Under the pieces are notes generated by a model. The model was not told where the DNA came from and did not search any database. It was given only the letters and a program-made list of their open reading frames with translations. DNA of 64,000 nt, taken from the IMG/VR virus record IMGVR_UViG_3300021387_000125, positions 2,762 to 66,761 of that record; one strand, 5' to 3'. Both the position numbers and the translations under genes were made by a program. This stretch comes from a virus (lineage: Duplodnaviria > Caudoviricetes). Below, piece after piece: positions 37,374 through 47,279 of the stretch; the stretch's first letter is position 1; each line of letters opens with the position of its first letter.

Positions 37374-37889
37374 CTAATTACTTACTTGAGTTAAGGACAT
37401 TTCGCTAAGCCTATGGCTTAATACTTTTTTACAGCTACTTAAAAGCTCTTGTGCGTTTTCGACCTTAGCTTTCATTATTTTATAAGCTCTATTATATACT
37501 ACGTTTGTGATTTGTTCTTGAACACTCTCTAATTCAGCAATAGAGTCTTTATCTGCTACTGTTCCACCATTAAGCTCACTACGTTTAGTGTGATATACTT
37601 CCTTGTATACAGCTTTACTTATATCATCTCTAATACCTAATTGCTCACAAGCTCCACTCGCCCAGTATATGTATGTTGATAAGTTCAATACAAAATCATC
37701 AAGCTCTTCATCTGTAGGTGGGTTCTGTCCATCTTTAAGACACTCTCTAATAAATGATATATATTTATCCAAATCTTTACAGTATGGTGCTATTACTTCT
37801 TCAACTAACTTATTAATAGTTGCTGAGTTTTGCTCCACTTTATCTTGTGTTTCTGCTATTCTCTTTAAATCAATATTATCTATACGCAT
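37374..37889 (-). CDS. Helical protein, possibly UvsY-like recombination mediator
   Basis: 171 aa coiled-coil near recA; inference from size and position. Confidence 0.35.
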   Translation of the reverse strand: MRIDNIDLKRIAETQDKVEQNSATINKLVEEVIAPYCKDLDKYISFIRECLKDGQNPPTDEELDDFVLNLSTYIYWASGACEQLGIRDDISKAVYKEVYHTKRSELNGGTVADKDSIAELESVQEQITNVVYNRAYKIMKAKVENAQELLSSCKKVLSHRLSEMSLTQVSN

Positions 37890-38131
37890 TATATCCTCCT
37901 ATTCCAATGAGCTATAGCAAGCTCTCTTGACTCTCTTGCTGTTCTGCCATCTTCTTCTAACACAACTCGTCTGCCTCTACTATTGCAATCATTACAGTAA
38001 ACATATGTTATATATGTCAACTCTCCTTTAATTATAGTCTTTGACTTATAAGCTAATGTACTATGCCCTCCACAAAATGGGCAATCTTTTATTTCTGTAT
38101 ATTCATTTCTTTCTAACTCTGCTGTTTTCAA
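37889..38131 (-). CDS. Lar-family (restriction alleviation-like) Zn ribbon
   Basis: IK.CPFCGG...C..C...AI..WNRR. Confidence 0.7.
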   Translation of the reverse strand: MKTAELERNEYTEIKDCPFCGGHSTLAYKSKTIIKGELTYITYVYCNDCNSRGRRVVLEEDGRTARESRELAIAHWNRRI

Positions 38132-38640
38132 TCGTAACTCCTTTCTCCTAACTGTCTTAGGTTACATTTCATAATAAAATCGCTTATATCATAATCAAAA
38201 AAAATTCTTTTCTTCTTGCCTTGTAGCTCTACCCATCCATCTTCTTCTGGGTTCATCTTATTTAGATTTAAGCTCTTAACACCATCAAGTCGATACTTCT
38301 CGTATACTTGTATAGGTACAAAATATGTTTTATCCATAGGTATGAACCATACTATCAAACCAGCTATTACACCTTTAGTGTTACACACATCTAATAGTCC
38401 AACTCTCTGATTGAATGTTACATTAGTAAATGGTAATCTATGCGAGTGTGTAGTCTTACACTCCAAATAATATACATATGGATAATGATATGCTATAAAA
38501 TCACATATGTTTCGATACCCCATAAATCCAGATACCGGGTCTGGTATTCTCTCGATAGTTGTATTATCTACTGCAAGAAAACCTTTCTTGATTATCTCCT
38601 CAAAATCCTTACCTCTTTGTATGCCTTTTTCATTATGCAT
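38128..38640 (-). CDS. recU: RecU-like Holliday junction resolvase
   Basis: G..FE.....CDF......YLECKT...LPF.N....Q; start moved to MHNEK. Confidence 0.8.
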   Translation of the reverse strand: MHNEKGIQRGKDFEEIIKKGFLAVDNTTIERIPDPVSGFMGYRNICDFIAYHYPYVYYLECKTTHSHRLPFTNVTFNQRVGLLDVCNTKGVIAGLIVWFIPMDKTYFVPIQVYEKYRLDGVKSLNLNKMNPEEDGWVELQGKKKRIFFDYDISDFIMKCNLRQLGERSYD

Positions 38641-39442
38641 CTGTATTACACCGTCCTTTATAACTACACCAACTACAAGCTTTCTTTGACACATTTTCCG
38701 GTATAGGCGGTACTTTTAGCTTCTTTATATAGCTATCACATTCCTCTATATAACTTAACAGCTCTTGTTTCATATCTTCTGTAACGTGTAACATAAATGC
38801 TTTTTTGCTACAATTATCCCTACACTCGTACAAGAACAAAACATCATCCAATCCAAACGCTATGCTATAAGCTGTAGCTTGATGATAGTGTGATAAATCT
38901 ACACCCTTGCGCTCGTTAAACTTAAAGCTCGCCTCTGTCTTAATTTCAAGTATGTAATAATGACAACGATATTTAATGATTCCATCACACAAGAAGCTCA
39001 TATTTAATGTCTTGTGGTAAAGCTTAGTCTCGTACTCACCTTTTTCAAAGTCTGGCTCTTTAACAATATCTAAATGCTCATCTAATCCTCGTTGTCTTAC
39101 AAAATCAGCCACATTTATATACTCACAATCTATATCATTTTTTGCCATATCTATAACAGCTTGTTGAATACGCTCGTGTCTATCTGTACCACTTTCACAT
39201 ATCCCTATAATACCGCTATTAGCGTTATGCTCATCTTCACCAGCACCAGTTATTACATAGTAGCTTTGTCTGATACAATTCATACCACTAGGCTTATATG
39301 TTTTAGAGCCGGGACGAGAGTTCTTCTCGTCCGTTAGCTCTATTGACCTATTCAAATCATTTAAAAATGATTGCTCAACTGGTAGCTCTGATTTTTCAGC
39401 ATCTATTAAATTAATAATATTCTTTAAACTTTTTCTACCCAT
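38633..39442 (-). CDS. Cas4-like PD-(D/E)XK exonuclease
   Basis: PSGMNC.R, GT..H, CDGII, EIKT, HQ..AY, C-terminal CSWCSY...C. Confidence 0.75.
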   Translation of the reverse strand: MGRKSLKNIINLIDAEKSELPVEQSFLNDLNRSIELTDEKNSRPGSKTYKPSGMNCIRQSYYVITGAGEDEHNANSGIIGICESGTDRHERIQQAVIDMAKNDIDCEYINVADFVRQRGLDEHLDIVKEPDFEKGEYETKLYHKTLNMSFLCDGIIKYRCHYYILEIKTEASFKFNERKGVDLSHYHQATAYSIAFGLDDVLFLYECRDNCSKKAFMLHVTEDMKQELLSYIEECDSYIKKLKVPPIPENVSKKACSWCSYKGRCNTDA

Positions 39443-39463
39443 TATACATAATACTCTCCTTTC

Positions 39464-39655
39464 TCAGCAAAACCAAGCTCTATCATATCCGAATAACTTC
39501 GCTACTCTGTCCATCTGAACACTTAAACAAGCATCAGCTTCCTCTCTGCTATCAAACAAATCTGCATACTCATAATAATCTTCGCCATAACCTATTTTTG
39601 ATAGTTGTTGCATAATCAAGTCTTGTGCTTTTTGTTTCTGTTCTTTTCTAGTCAT
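39464..39655 (-). CDS. Hypothetical protein
   Basis: 63 aa after a promoter, AAGGAG RBS. Confidence 0.6.
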   Translation of the reverse strand: MTRKEQKQKAQDLIMQQLSKIGYGEDYYEYADLFDSREEADACLSVQMDRVAKLFGYDRAWFC

Positions 39656-39703
39656 ATAATATTCTCCTTTCTGTCTTTCGACTTATTTTATATTACATTA
39701 AAC

Positions 39704-39732
39704 ATTATATCACGATATAATATAATTGTCAA
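39704..39732 (-). promoter_or_regulatory. Sigma-A promoter with extended -10
   Basis: TTGACA-N17(...CGTGA)-TATAAT. Confidence 0.8.
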
Positions 39733-39773
39733 ATAAAAATATCACGCTGATAAACAGCGTGATATTATATAAG

Positions 39774-40865
39774 TTAATTCGTTGTCATAAGTGCTATGAT
39801 TTGAATTACATCCTCATCTACAAACTTAATGCACACTTCATTATTATAGTGGATTTCAATAGTATCTGACCTATAAGCTTTAAGCTGATTTAAAAGCTTA
39901 TCTGCATTAATAGAACAATCGTAGCTCTTATACTTCTTACTATCTATATAAGCTAACAGCTCGTTACTACTTCTATCATTATTACTTACTCTTATGCCAT
40001 CTTTTTCAAAGTATAACCTCACAACTCTATCATCATATTTACCAACAAAGAGTGTTATTCTTTCCAGGAGAGCTATAAAGTCATTCTTATCAACTTTGCA
40101 CACACTCTTAAAATCAGTATCAATATATCTATTAAGCACATCTATAGGGTAGTTTTCAATATCAGTAGGCTGTTTGCTATAGATTATATAGTTTCCATTT
40201 TTTGAAACAAATGCTGACCCATCAGTTAGTTCATAATATAATGCATCTTCATCTATTATATGCAACAACTCAATTATTTTTGGTTGCAATAATACACTAT
40301 TATCCATCACTTCACTATCTATACAAGCTACTTCATTTCTATTAGTTGCAAAAACTTTATTACCTAAATAATAATTTGTTATCTCTGGAAAGTTCTTCAT
40401 ACTATTATCATCTACAGCGAGTGACGGTTTGCATACTGTAATAATATCAGATATAGTATCTTGGGCTATCTCTGTAGCATCTCCAGATAAATCAATCGAC
40501 TCTAATGGGTCTGGATATTTAGTAATAATCTCACCATCTTCATCTACTGGCAATTCTAGTGAATATGTACCGTTAGCCTTCACTTCCAAATATCTGTCTT
40601 TAATATTAAGATATGTAAATTCACTTGTTATCTTAGATATTAGCTTAGCAAATTGCTCAGCATATACAACTATACTAAAATCTTCCTTTATTTTTTCATC
40701 ACAAACTGCATAAAAATAGTTTGTTGCATCAGTTGTTATCAATTTAAGTTTATTGTCCTCAATAACTATACCCATAAATGATGTTATTGGTATACTATTA
40801 TTAAGACCTGCTCCTTGAATTGATTTACTTACTACTTCTTTTAATATCTGCGTATTCAGTTTCAT
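39774..40865 (-). CDS. dnaN: DNA sliding clamp, bacterial beta-like
   Basis: 363 aa (beta-clamp size); L.L..TD, FATN, F...ERI..F, C.IN...L...L, ending IAL. Confidence 0.8.
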   Translation of the reverse strand: MKLNTQILKEVVSKSIQGAGLNNSIPITSFMGIVIEDNKLKLITTDATNYFYAVCDEKIKEDFSIVVYAEQFAKLISKITSEFTYLNIKDRYLEVKANGTYSLELPVDEDGEIITKYPDPLESIDLSGDATEIAQDTISDIITVCKPSLAVDDNSMKNFPEITNYYLGNKVFATNRNEVACIDSEVMDNSVLLQPKIIELLHIIDEDALYYELTDGSAFVSKNGNYIIYSKQPTDIENYPIDVLNRYIDTDFKSVCKVDKNDFIALLERITLFVGKYDDRVVRLYFEKDGIRVSNNDRSSNELLAYIDSKKYKSYDCSINADKLLNQLKAYRSDTIEIHYNNEVCIKFVDEDVIQIIALMTTN

Positions 40866-40867
40866 TT

Positions 40868-41740
40868 TTATTCTCCTTTTTTAAAATCACTACTTATGAT
40901 TTTAGGTACTGCATTTTCCCAATTTATTATATGGTGTATTCGTTTGTGTTTATCGCCCATTGTATATATTTTAGTACAAGATGGATTTGTAATTATAGTA
41001 AAAAATGACTTTACATATGTACCTGAGTTTAAATATAACTCTGTCATACCTCCTGAATTAGCCTGTGTTTGCAATTGGTCTAATGATGCATTAGCTATTG
41101 TAAAAAACAGCTTACCTTTGCCTCCTAAATTTACATAAGTATTTACATCTTCATTAACTCTGCCAATAAAACTAAATGGTCGTCTTGTGTCACAGAAAAA
41201 GGAATTCATAGCTTTTCTTGCTAATTGTTGTTTCCATACATTTGAACCCATACCACCTATAAAATCTCCAGTTTGAGATAACGCAACTGTATCTGCTTTA
41301 GATGTATCTAAAAACTGTAATACATATTCAAACAAGCTGTCTAAATCTCTATGGTACTTTGTAGCAAATTTACCATCAACATCTAAACGACTTCTAAAGC
41401 ACGTATAATCATCATCTAATTCCAAAAAGTAATCATATTGTAAGTCTTTAGCAATCTCAAAACAAGCGTTTCTGGCATAAAAAATAGAACGTCTTTCATC
41501 ACTATTATCCACGGTATCATATCTATTAGCTATATCTAATTTATCAAACACATAAATAGCTGTATTCTGTTTATTTTCATAAATACGTTTATATTCATCA
41601 ATAGTATTATCCTCATTATCTAACACTAACACAATTGGTCCTGTATAACCATTATTTCGTAAAGTTTCGTATGTATATACTTTATCAGGCCTACCGTGGG
41701 TTAAAATAAATGCTACAAAATTATTTCTTATTTGTATCAT
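40868..41740 (-). CDS. TAGT/GREB1-like GT-A glycosyltransferase
   Basis: FILTHGRP, YARN..F..A, ELDDDY, GR.NED, Q...GGMTE.Y...GTY.KSF; start moved to MIQIR. Confidence 0.75.
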   Translation of the reverse strand: MIQIRNNFVAFILTHGRPDKVYTYETLRNNGYTGPIVLVLDNEDNTIDEYKRIYENKQNTAIYVFDKLDIANRYDTVDNSDERRSIFYARNACFEIAKDLQYDYFLELDDDYTCFRSRLDVDGKFATKYHRDLDSLFEYVLQFLDTSKADTVALSQTGDFIGGMGSNVWKQQLARKAMNSFFCDTRRPFSFIGRVNEDVNTYVNLGGKGKLFFTIANASLDQLQTQANSGGMTELYLNSGTYVKSFFTIITNPSCTKIYTMGDKHKRIHHIINWENAVPKIISSDFKKGE

Positions 41741-42125
41741 CACCACTCTCCTCAAGTATCTGTTTAATATCTTTTGAAAGTTTAACATATCCATTTGCTA
41801 TTGCATCATCAATGTCTATAATAACTAATGCTGACTTTTCCATAAGCTCTTGCATCTCTCTATCTGCGTGAGCATAGTAATCGGCAATTTTTGAATAATT
41901 AAATATTATATGCCTAGTAGCCGCAAATCGTAAAAACTTTTTCTCATCATCCGAGATATTAGACTTATTAATATCAGCTATAAGTTGATTATGCTTTCGC
42001 ATATCATACAACTCGGTTAAATTTGGATTTACTTCACTTGGTAAATATTGAGGTTTTTCTACTTTCTTTGTATATTTTTTATCCACTTCTTTAACAGTAT
42101 TAAACAAATTAAACTGTTTACTCAT
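41721..42125 (-). CDS. Glycosyltransferase partner protein with an N-terminal QxxLF motif
   Basis: KYT.K...P.Y.P, F.AA.RH..FN..KIADYYAH..EMQEL.E.SALVIID; begins MSKQFNLF. Confidence 0.6.
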   Translation of the reverse strand: MSKQFNLFNTVKEVDKKYTKKVEKPQYLPSEVNPNLTELYDMRKHNQLIADINKSNISDDEKKFLRFAATRHIIFNYSKIADYYAHADREMQELMEKSALVIIDIDDAIANGYVKLSKDIKQILEESGDDTNKK

Positions 42126-44416
42126 ACTTCAATCTCCTCTCCATACCACTCTTTAGATATAGCTACATCACAACTAAATGGCATTTTTAATATTTCTTCT
42201 GCCGCTTTACTCATTACATCGGCTAATAACTTTGAACACTCTTTTACATTCTCTTCAGGACACTCTGCTATAACTTCATCATGCACTGGAATAAGAAGTC
42301 TAAACCCAAGCTCTTTAAGTCTCTTATGATTATTAAGTTTTATCATAGCAAGTTTTGTTAAATCTGCGGCAGAACCTTGTATTCTAGCATTTACACATTG
42401 TCTTGTAGCATCTGCTATCTTTCCACCATTGTCTATTATCCATATATCTTCTTTATTAGCTTGCTCAAATATCTTTCGCTTCTCATTGAATTTACATTTG
42501 TGTAACATAGTAAGATATTTACGAATAATGCGCTCTGGTATTTCTTGTTCAGTTTCACTATCAAAATCTAGCAAATCATTGTCAGGCGCAACTCCGTTCT
42601 TCCATTTAAACTCATACTCATCTAGCTGTAAATCTGGTAGTCTACGTTTCCTACCACATACAGTAGTCACATAGCCTAACTCTTCACCCATTCTCAAACT
42701 ATCTGTTTCAAACTTTTGTATTTCTGGAAAACGCTTAAATAGATTACGTTTTAGTTGCTGTGCTTCTTCGAGTGAACAATTAAGTTGTTCAGCTACACTC
42801 TTATCACCTCTACCATACAATATACCTAACAATATAGGCTTTGCTTGATTTCTACGGTCTTTATACTCTTGAGGGTTTTTATGTCCGTGCTCATCAAATT
42901 CGCAACACTCTTCATATGGTACATTAAAACACGCACTTGCTACCTCACTATATAAATCATTACCTTTAAATCTAGCATTAAATAGATTTTCTGCACCTGC
43001 TTGTTTACAGAATGTTGCAAGACAAGATGGTTCTTGTTGACTGTAATCAGATGACATAAGCACATAACCAGGACTTGCTATAAACAACTTTCTAATATCT
43101 TTGTTATGACTAGGTATATTCTGTAAGTTTGGGTCACTACTTGACATTCTTCCAGTTTTTGCGCCATATTGATTAAAACTACAATGTATTCTACCATCAT
43201 TTTCATTTACACAATCGGGCAATTTATCAATATAAGTATTGATTAATTTTTCAACTGCTCGGTATTCAAGTATATCTTTCGCAATAGGTAAATCTATTTT
43301 TTCTAATATATCTACACCTGTCCCTCTTGGCGTTTTCTTATCTATTACATCTATACCTATAATATCATAAAACAGTATTGCTAATTGCGTTGGGCTTGCT
43401 ATATTTATACGTTCATCTAGCTTGTTATTTTGCGTTTTAGCTTTATACTTGAATATTTTATCATCATACTGTTTTAAGTCGCTATAAAACGCTTCTAGCT
43501 TGTCTGTGAGTAGTTTATTATACTTCTCTGATAATTCTTTTTGATAATTCATATCAAAGAGTATACCTGTATCTTCCATATCAGCTAACACACTTACACA
43601 CGGCATCTCTATATTCATAAGTACATTATATAAATCTCGCATATCCTCTCTATCTGAGTCTGCCCGTATATATTTCTTTTGATACTCGTATAACTCATAT
43701 GTAATTACCGGGTCGTGACCTGCATATAGCATAGCAGTATTTAATGGTATCAATGTAAATGGAATACCTTTAAATAATTCTTCAAATGTAAATGCATCTT
43801 CTTCTCCATTAAGTACATACTTTTGATGTATCTTTTTTAATGCATTAGTTGGTTCATTTTCATTAAGAAGTCTCTGTGCTAAATAACAATCCCACGTACA
43901 GTATATATTATGTAAACCAACTTTATTTCTTAAAAATCTAATATCGAATTTTGCATTGTACATTATTATATCTATGTGCGCATTTATAAGTCTGTTAAAC
44001 TCTGCGCTTATAATATCTGTACTTAATTGATTTGGTAATAATGTATTAGTGATATAGCTCATATGATTTATAGGTATATATGCTCCAGGCATATTAGGTG
44101 TGTATATACATATTCCTGCTATTTCATCTAATAACGGGTCAAGTCCAGTTGTCTCTGTATCTATTGATGCCACATTATTATGAATACATTTACTTATATA
44201 CTCTGATAAAGTTTTTTCGTCTTGAATTAATATATAATCATCTTTATATTTACCGAGTACTTTATTTACAAACTCTCGTATCTGGGTAATTCTATCTAGT
44301 AGACTACTACCCCCTTTTATCGAGGGGGTAGCTTGTCTTACTATTTTAGATTGCTTTACTAATTTACTATCGTTAGACTTATTATTTTCTCTAACCGGTA
44401 TATCAAATAATACCAT
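42122..44416 (-). CDS. polA: Family A DNA polymerase with 3'-5' exonuclease
   Basis: DTETTG exonuclease, TGRMSSSDPNLQNIP, DYSQQE motif A, R..AK....G..YG motif B, VHDE motif C. Confidence 0.95.
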   Translation of the reverse strand: MVLFDIPVRENNKSNDSKLVKQSKIVRQATPSIKGGSSLLDRITQIREFVNKVLGKYKDDYILIQDEKTLSEYISKCIHNNVASIDTETTGLDPLLDEIAGICIYTPNMPGAYIPINHMSYITNTLLPNQLSTDIISAEFNRLINAHIDIIMYNAKFDIRFLRNKVGLHNIYCTWDCYLAQRLLNENEPTNALKKIHQKYVLNGEEDAFTFEELFKGIPFTLIPLNTAMLYAGHDPVITYELYEYQKKYIRADSDREDMRDLYNVLMNIEMPCVSVLADMEDTGILFDMNYQKELSEKYNKLLTDKLEAFYSDLKQYDDKIFKYKAKTQNNKLDERINIASPTQLAILFYDIIGIDVIDKKTPRGTGVDILEKIDLPIAKDILEYRAVEKLINTYIDKLPDCVNENDGRIHCSFNQYGAKTGRMSSSDPNLQNIPSHNKDIRKLFIASPGYVLMSSDYSQQEPSCLATFCKQAGAENLFNARFKGNDLYSEVASACFNVPYEECCEFDEHGHKNPQEYKDRRNQAKPILLGILYGRGDKSVAEQLNCSLEEAQQLKRNLFKRFPEIQKFETDSLRMGEELGYVTTVCGRKRRLPDLQLDEYEFKWKNGVAPDNDLLDFDSETEQEIPERIIRKYLTMLHKCKFNEKRKIFEQANKEDIWIIDNGGKIADATRQCVNARIQGSAADLTKLAMIKLNNHKRLKELGFRLLIPVHDEVIAECPEENVKECSKLLADVMSKAAEEILKMPFSCDVAISKEWYGEEIEV

Positions 44417-44431
44417 CTAAAATCTCCTTAT

Positions 44432-45106
44432 TTAAAATTCATCTGAGGGTGTACGTCTTGAGCTTCTTCGTTTAGGTCTTTCTTCTTCCTCTTCACGCTC
44501 TTCACGCCTTGAGCTTCTTCGTCTAACCGGCTCTTCATCTTCTGGTGGGAAGTAACCCTCTTCAAGATAAAACTCCATATCTTCTGCACTCTTATCAAGT
44601 ACAATTCTACCAAATATCATTGGCTCTTCACAATCATCAAGAGTGAAATCATCTGGCTTGTCCTTTGTCTGATAAATCTCATATGTAGTCTGAGTATCAC
44701 CAGCCTTACCATTTCTTTCAATCTCAAAAGTCTGTGAACATATTGGGTCTGCATCACAACGAGCAAGCACGCTTGAAAGCTTGTTAAAGAACTTTTTACC
44801 TCTTTCCCAAACTTGTACTTTCTCTTCATCTACATTATACATAGGTATGAAGAGCTTTGCTACTTGATACTTTCTTGCCTTACAGAATGGGCAATCATCT
44901 ATAGGCTGATTGTACTCTCTGAGACAATTCACATATCTCTTCTTTCCATCAATCTCTACTTCGTGTACTGCGTACCCCTCAACATCATCTGCGGTGTTAT
45001 AGAGAAATCTTACTGTGGCTACATCTCTATCATTCTTGAGTGAGAAGTAACCAGTTCCTCCATGACCACCATACTTGTCCATATTGTCTGCGTTAAATCG
45101 TGCCAT
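44432..45106 (-). CDS. ssb: Single-stranded DNA-binding protein (gp32-like, Zn-binding)
   Basis: F.LK.D....RFL...H....C....CPFC; acidic tail ending in F; directly upstream of polA. Confidence 0.7.
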   Translation of the reverse strand: MARFNADNMDKYGGHGGTGYFSLKNDRDVATVRFLYNTADDVEGYAVHEVEIDGKKRYVNCLREYNQPIDDCPFCKARKYQVAKLFIPMYNVDEEKVQVWERGKKFFNKLSSVLARCDADPICSQTFEIERNGKAGDTQTTYEIYQTKDKPDDFTLDDCEEPMIFGRIVLDKSAEDMEFYLEEGYFPPEDEEPVRRRSSRREEREEEEERPKRRSSRRTPSDEF

Positions 45107-45154
45107 AGTTTTTCTCCTTTCAATAGTTTCTATAGTTTATGACTTATGCTAAAG

Positions 45155-45574
45155 CTATTCTTCCCATAGCTCTGCAAACAGTTTAATTGCCTCTTCGGCA
45201 TCTTCTACTAGAAACTCTAGTGTGTTACTATAAAGTTCCATAGCTTCTTTCAAGTCATCTGTAAAGTGTGCGATAAGTCGCTGGTCATTAAGATTATTAG
45301 TTAGTCTAAAATCAATTCGACTATCATCCACAGTAACTTGAATTGTATCTCCTACAAATAATATCTTTGTTGCGAAAGAATAAATCTGCTCTATATCTTT
45401 GCGCCACTGATAGATTGTAAGTACTGGCTCGTAGTTCATATCAAAGTTCTCTCTGCTGATTGTCTCAGCTACTCCAGAATTGATAGCTACAAGCTCTACC
45501 TCTTTTCGTGTTACATTAGTAATCTTTGAGATGTACTTGTTCCACTTGTGTCTGTAATAATCATTTACTCTCAT
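45155..45574 (-). CDS. Hypothetical protein
   Basis: 139 aa, first gene after a promoter. Confidence 0.65.
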   Translation of the reverse strand: MRVNDYYRHKWNKYISKITNVTRKEVELVAINSGVAETISRENFDMNYEPVLTIYQWRKDIEQIYSFATKILFVGDTIQVTVDDSRIDFRLTNNLNDQRLIAHFTDDLKEAMELYSNTLEFLVEDAEEAIKLFAELWEE

Positions 45575-45635
45575 ATCGTTTTCTCCTTTTCTATAGTTTC
45601 AATAGTTTCTATAGTGTAAACTTAATTACATAAAG

Positions 45636-45664
45636 ATTATATCACGATATTATACATAAGTCAA
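45636..45664 (-). promoter_or_regulatory. Promoter for the ssb-polA-GT-dnaN operon
   Basis: TTGACT-N17(...CGTGA)-TATAAT. Confidence 0.75.
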
Positions 45665-45979
45665 TTAAAACTTTTTACTATAAATTATCTTGTACCCATT
45701 AGCATCTGCATAATCGTGTAAGAGTCTAATATCATTATTATTCTCCCATCCTTTAAGCATATAAATCATATCGCACATACTTAATACGCATAATGCTAAA
45801 TCTAATTGTTGCTTATACTCTAAGTCTGGTACAGTTTCATTTAAGAGTGTAAATAGATTTACTGTATATTTTGTACCATATATCTGATGATACTTTTCGG
45901 TTTCAAATAATTGCTTTTCTGCATTATCAAATTTTTCTTTGTTATCAATATTAGTCCAATCTCCTGCTATAAATATCAT
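45665..45979 (-). CDS. DUF4406-like (nucleoside deoxyribosyltransferase-like fold) protein
   Basis: IFIAG..T....F..AE..L...L..CD.IYMLKGWE...E/H..A..G. Confidence 0.7.
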   Translation of the reverse strand: MIFIAGDWTNIDNKEKFDNAEKQLFETEKYHQIYGTKYTVNLFTLLNETVPDLEYKQQLDLALCVLSMCDMIYMLKGWENNNDIRLLHDYADANGYKIIYSKKF

Positions 45980-46644
45980 TTTTTAAATATCTCCTCTTGT
46001 AATTTATTTGCTAATTCTGGTTCATCAAAATACTTACTTCTTACATTCTTTTGTGACCTCTGTGTATTAACTACAGACCCACCTAGCAAGTAGTCTATAT
46101 GCTCTACTAGATTTGGTGCTAAATTTAATACTGGTTCATTAGGATAATAGCTCTCTACAAAAACTCTAAAGATTACATCATCTCCTTTTTTCTGTCGTAT
46201 CCAAAAGCCATATTGATTATCTCGCCATACATATATATCAGCCCATACAGCCATTTCTTTTGCAATCTTATTAGGTATTCGTATACAAGGAAAACTCCAC
46301 CACATATAATTCTTAGGTGTACTTGGTCCAGGCAATCTATTATCGTCATCATAGCAACAAGTAAAAGCGCATATAATTCCGTCTTGTTTCTCTAACTCCT
46401 CTGTACGCTTCTTAAAATCACTACATATAAGTACATCATCTTGCATATGCCATACATTCTGCTCTCCCCACATCTCATATGACTTATGACAAGACACTAC
46501 AAACGACACTAAGTTACCCTCGTGCTTCTCATCTATATAATTATATATATCATCTTCTTTTATTCCTTGCTTCAACATACTTGGTATAAGATATTCTTCT
46601 ACATACCACAATCTTGCTTCACAAGTATGTATCATATATTTCAT
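45976..46644 (-). CDS. GT-A glycosyltransferase-like protein
   Basis: WHMQDDV metal-binding motif, PNLVEHID..S motif. Confidence 0.6.
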   Translation of the reverse strand: MKYMIHTCEARLWYVEEYLIPSMLKQGIKEDDIYNYIDEKHEGNLVSFVVSCHKSYEMWGEQNVWHMQDDVLICSDFKKRTEELEKQDGIICAFTCCYDDDNRLPGPSTPKNYMWWSFPCIRIPNKIAKEMAVWADIYVWRDNQYGFWIRQKKGDDVIFRVFVESYYPNEPVLNLAPNLVEHIDYLLGGSVVNTQRSQKNVRSKYFDEPELANKLQEEIFKK

Positions 46645-47279
46645 TACTTAAACTTACCCTCCATCAACTTTATATCCTCTGGGTTGTCTATATCACAAGT
46701 TGCATCATTAATAATTGTATAATTAGTATAATCTATAATATTTAGTGGTGTATGCTTAATTACTTGCCACAGCTCCCACATTATAGGCTTTCTATTAAAT
46801 AAACCTTGTTGCTCATATAGATTACATAATGATATTGCTTGTCTTAAATGCCGTTGATTATATACCTTTAAAGCAAATGGCTCAGCCCACGCCTTTATAT
46901 AATCTTTAGTAAATTGTGGAGCACTTGCAAAGAACTCTATATCTCTAGTTCCAGTTTCAACGATAGTTGTAATAGCATCTTCTGTGAATACAACATCTCC
47001 GAATATATAACAAGCTGGTTCTTCTGTAGGGTAAAATGCTTCGTTCCAATGACCCTCACAATTATCATAACCGTTAGCTACATACTTATTAGTGTGTGCT
47101 AGTATAGGTGCTATTCCTTCAAATGCTTTATTATTAGTGCTTATAGCTATATCATCTACACCATTTTCTTTTAATAATCTTATTGTTCTCTCTACTATAG
47201 CTTCACCATTTATTTTAGTTAGCTGTCTTGGTGTTTCCCATTTCTTGTATTGACCACCACACATTATGATATATTTCAA
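46644..47279 (-). CDS. Nucleotidyltransferase (sugar/choline-phosphate NTP transferase family)
   Basis: IIMCGG.Y..W.TPRQL..ING..IVERTIR.L, IFGDV, DID.PED; likely TTG start. Confidence 0.75.
   Translation of the reverse strand: MKYIIMCGGQYKKWETPRQLTKINGEAIVERTIRLLKENGVDDIAISTNNKAFEGIAPILAHTNKYVANGYDNCEGHWNEAFYPTEEPACYIFGDVVFTEDAITTIVETGTRDIEFFASAPQFTKDYIKAWAEPFALKVYNQRHLRQAISLCNLYEQQGLFNRKPIMWELWQVIKHTPLNIIDYTNYTIINDATCDIDNPEDIKLMEGKFK

Noticed and set aside
38633-39442. Cas4-like gene as part of a CRISPR system
   Set aside because: Sits among recA/recU genes as a typical phage exonuclease; no other cas genes
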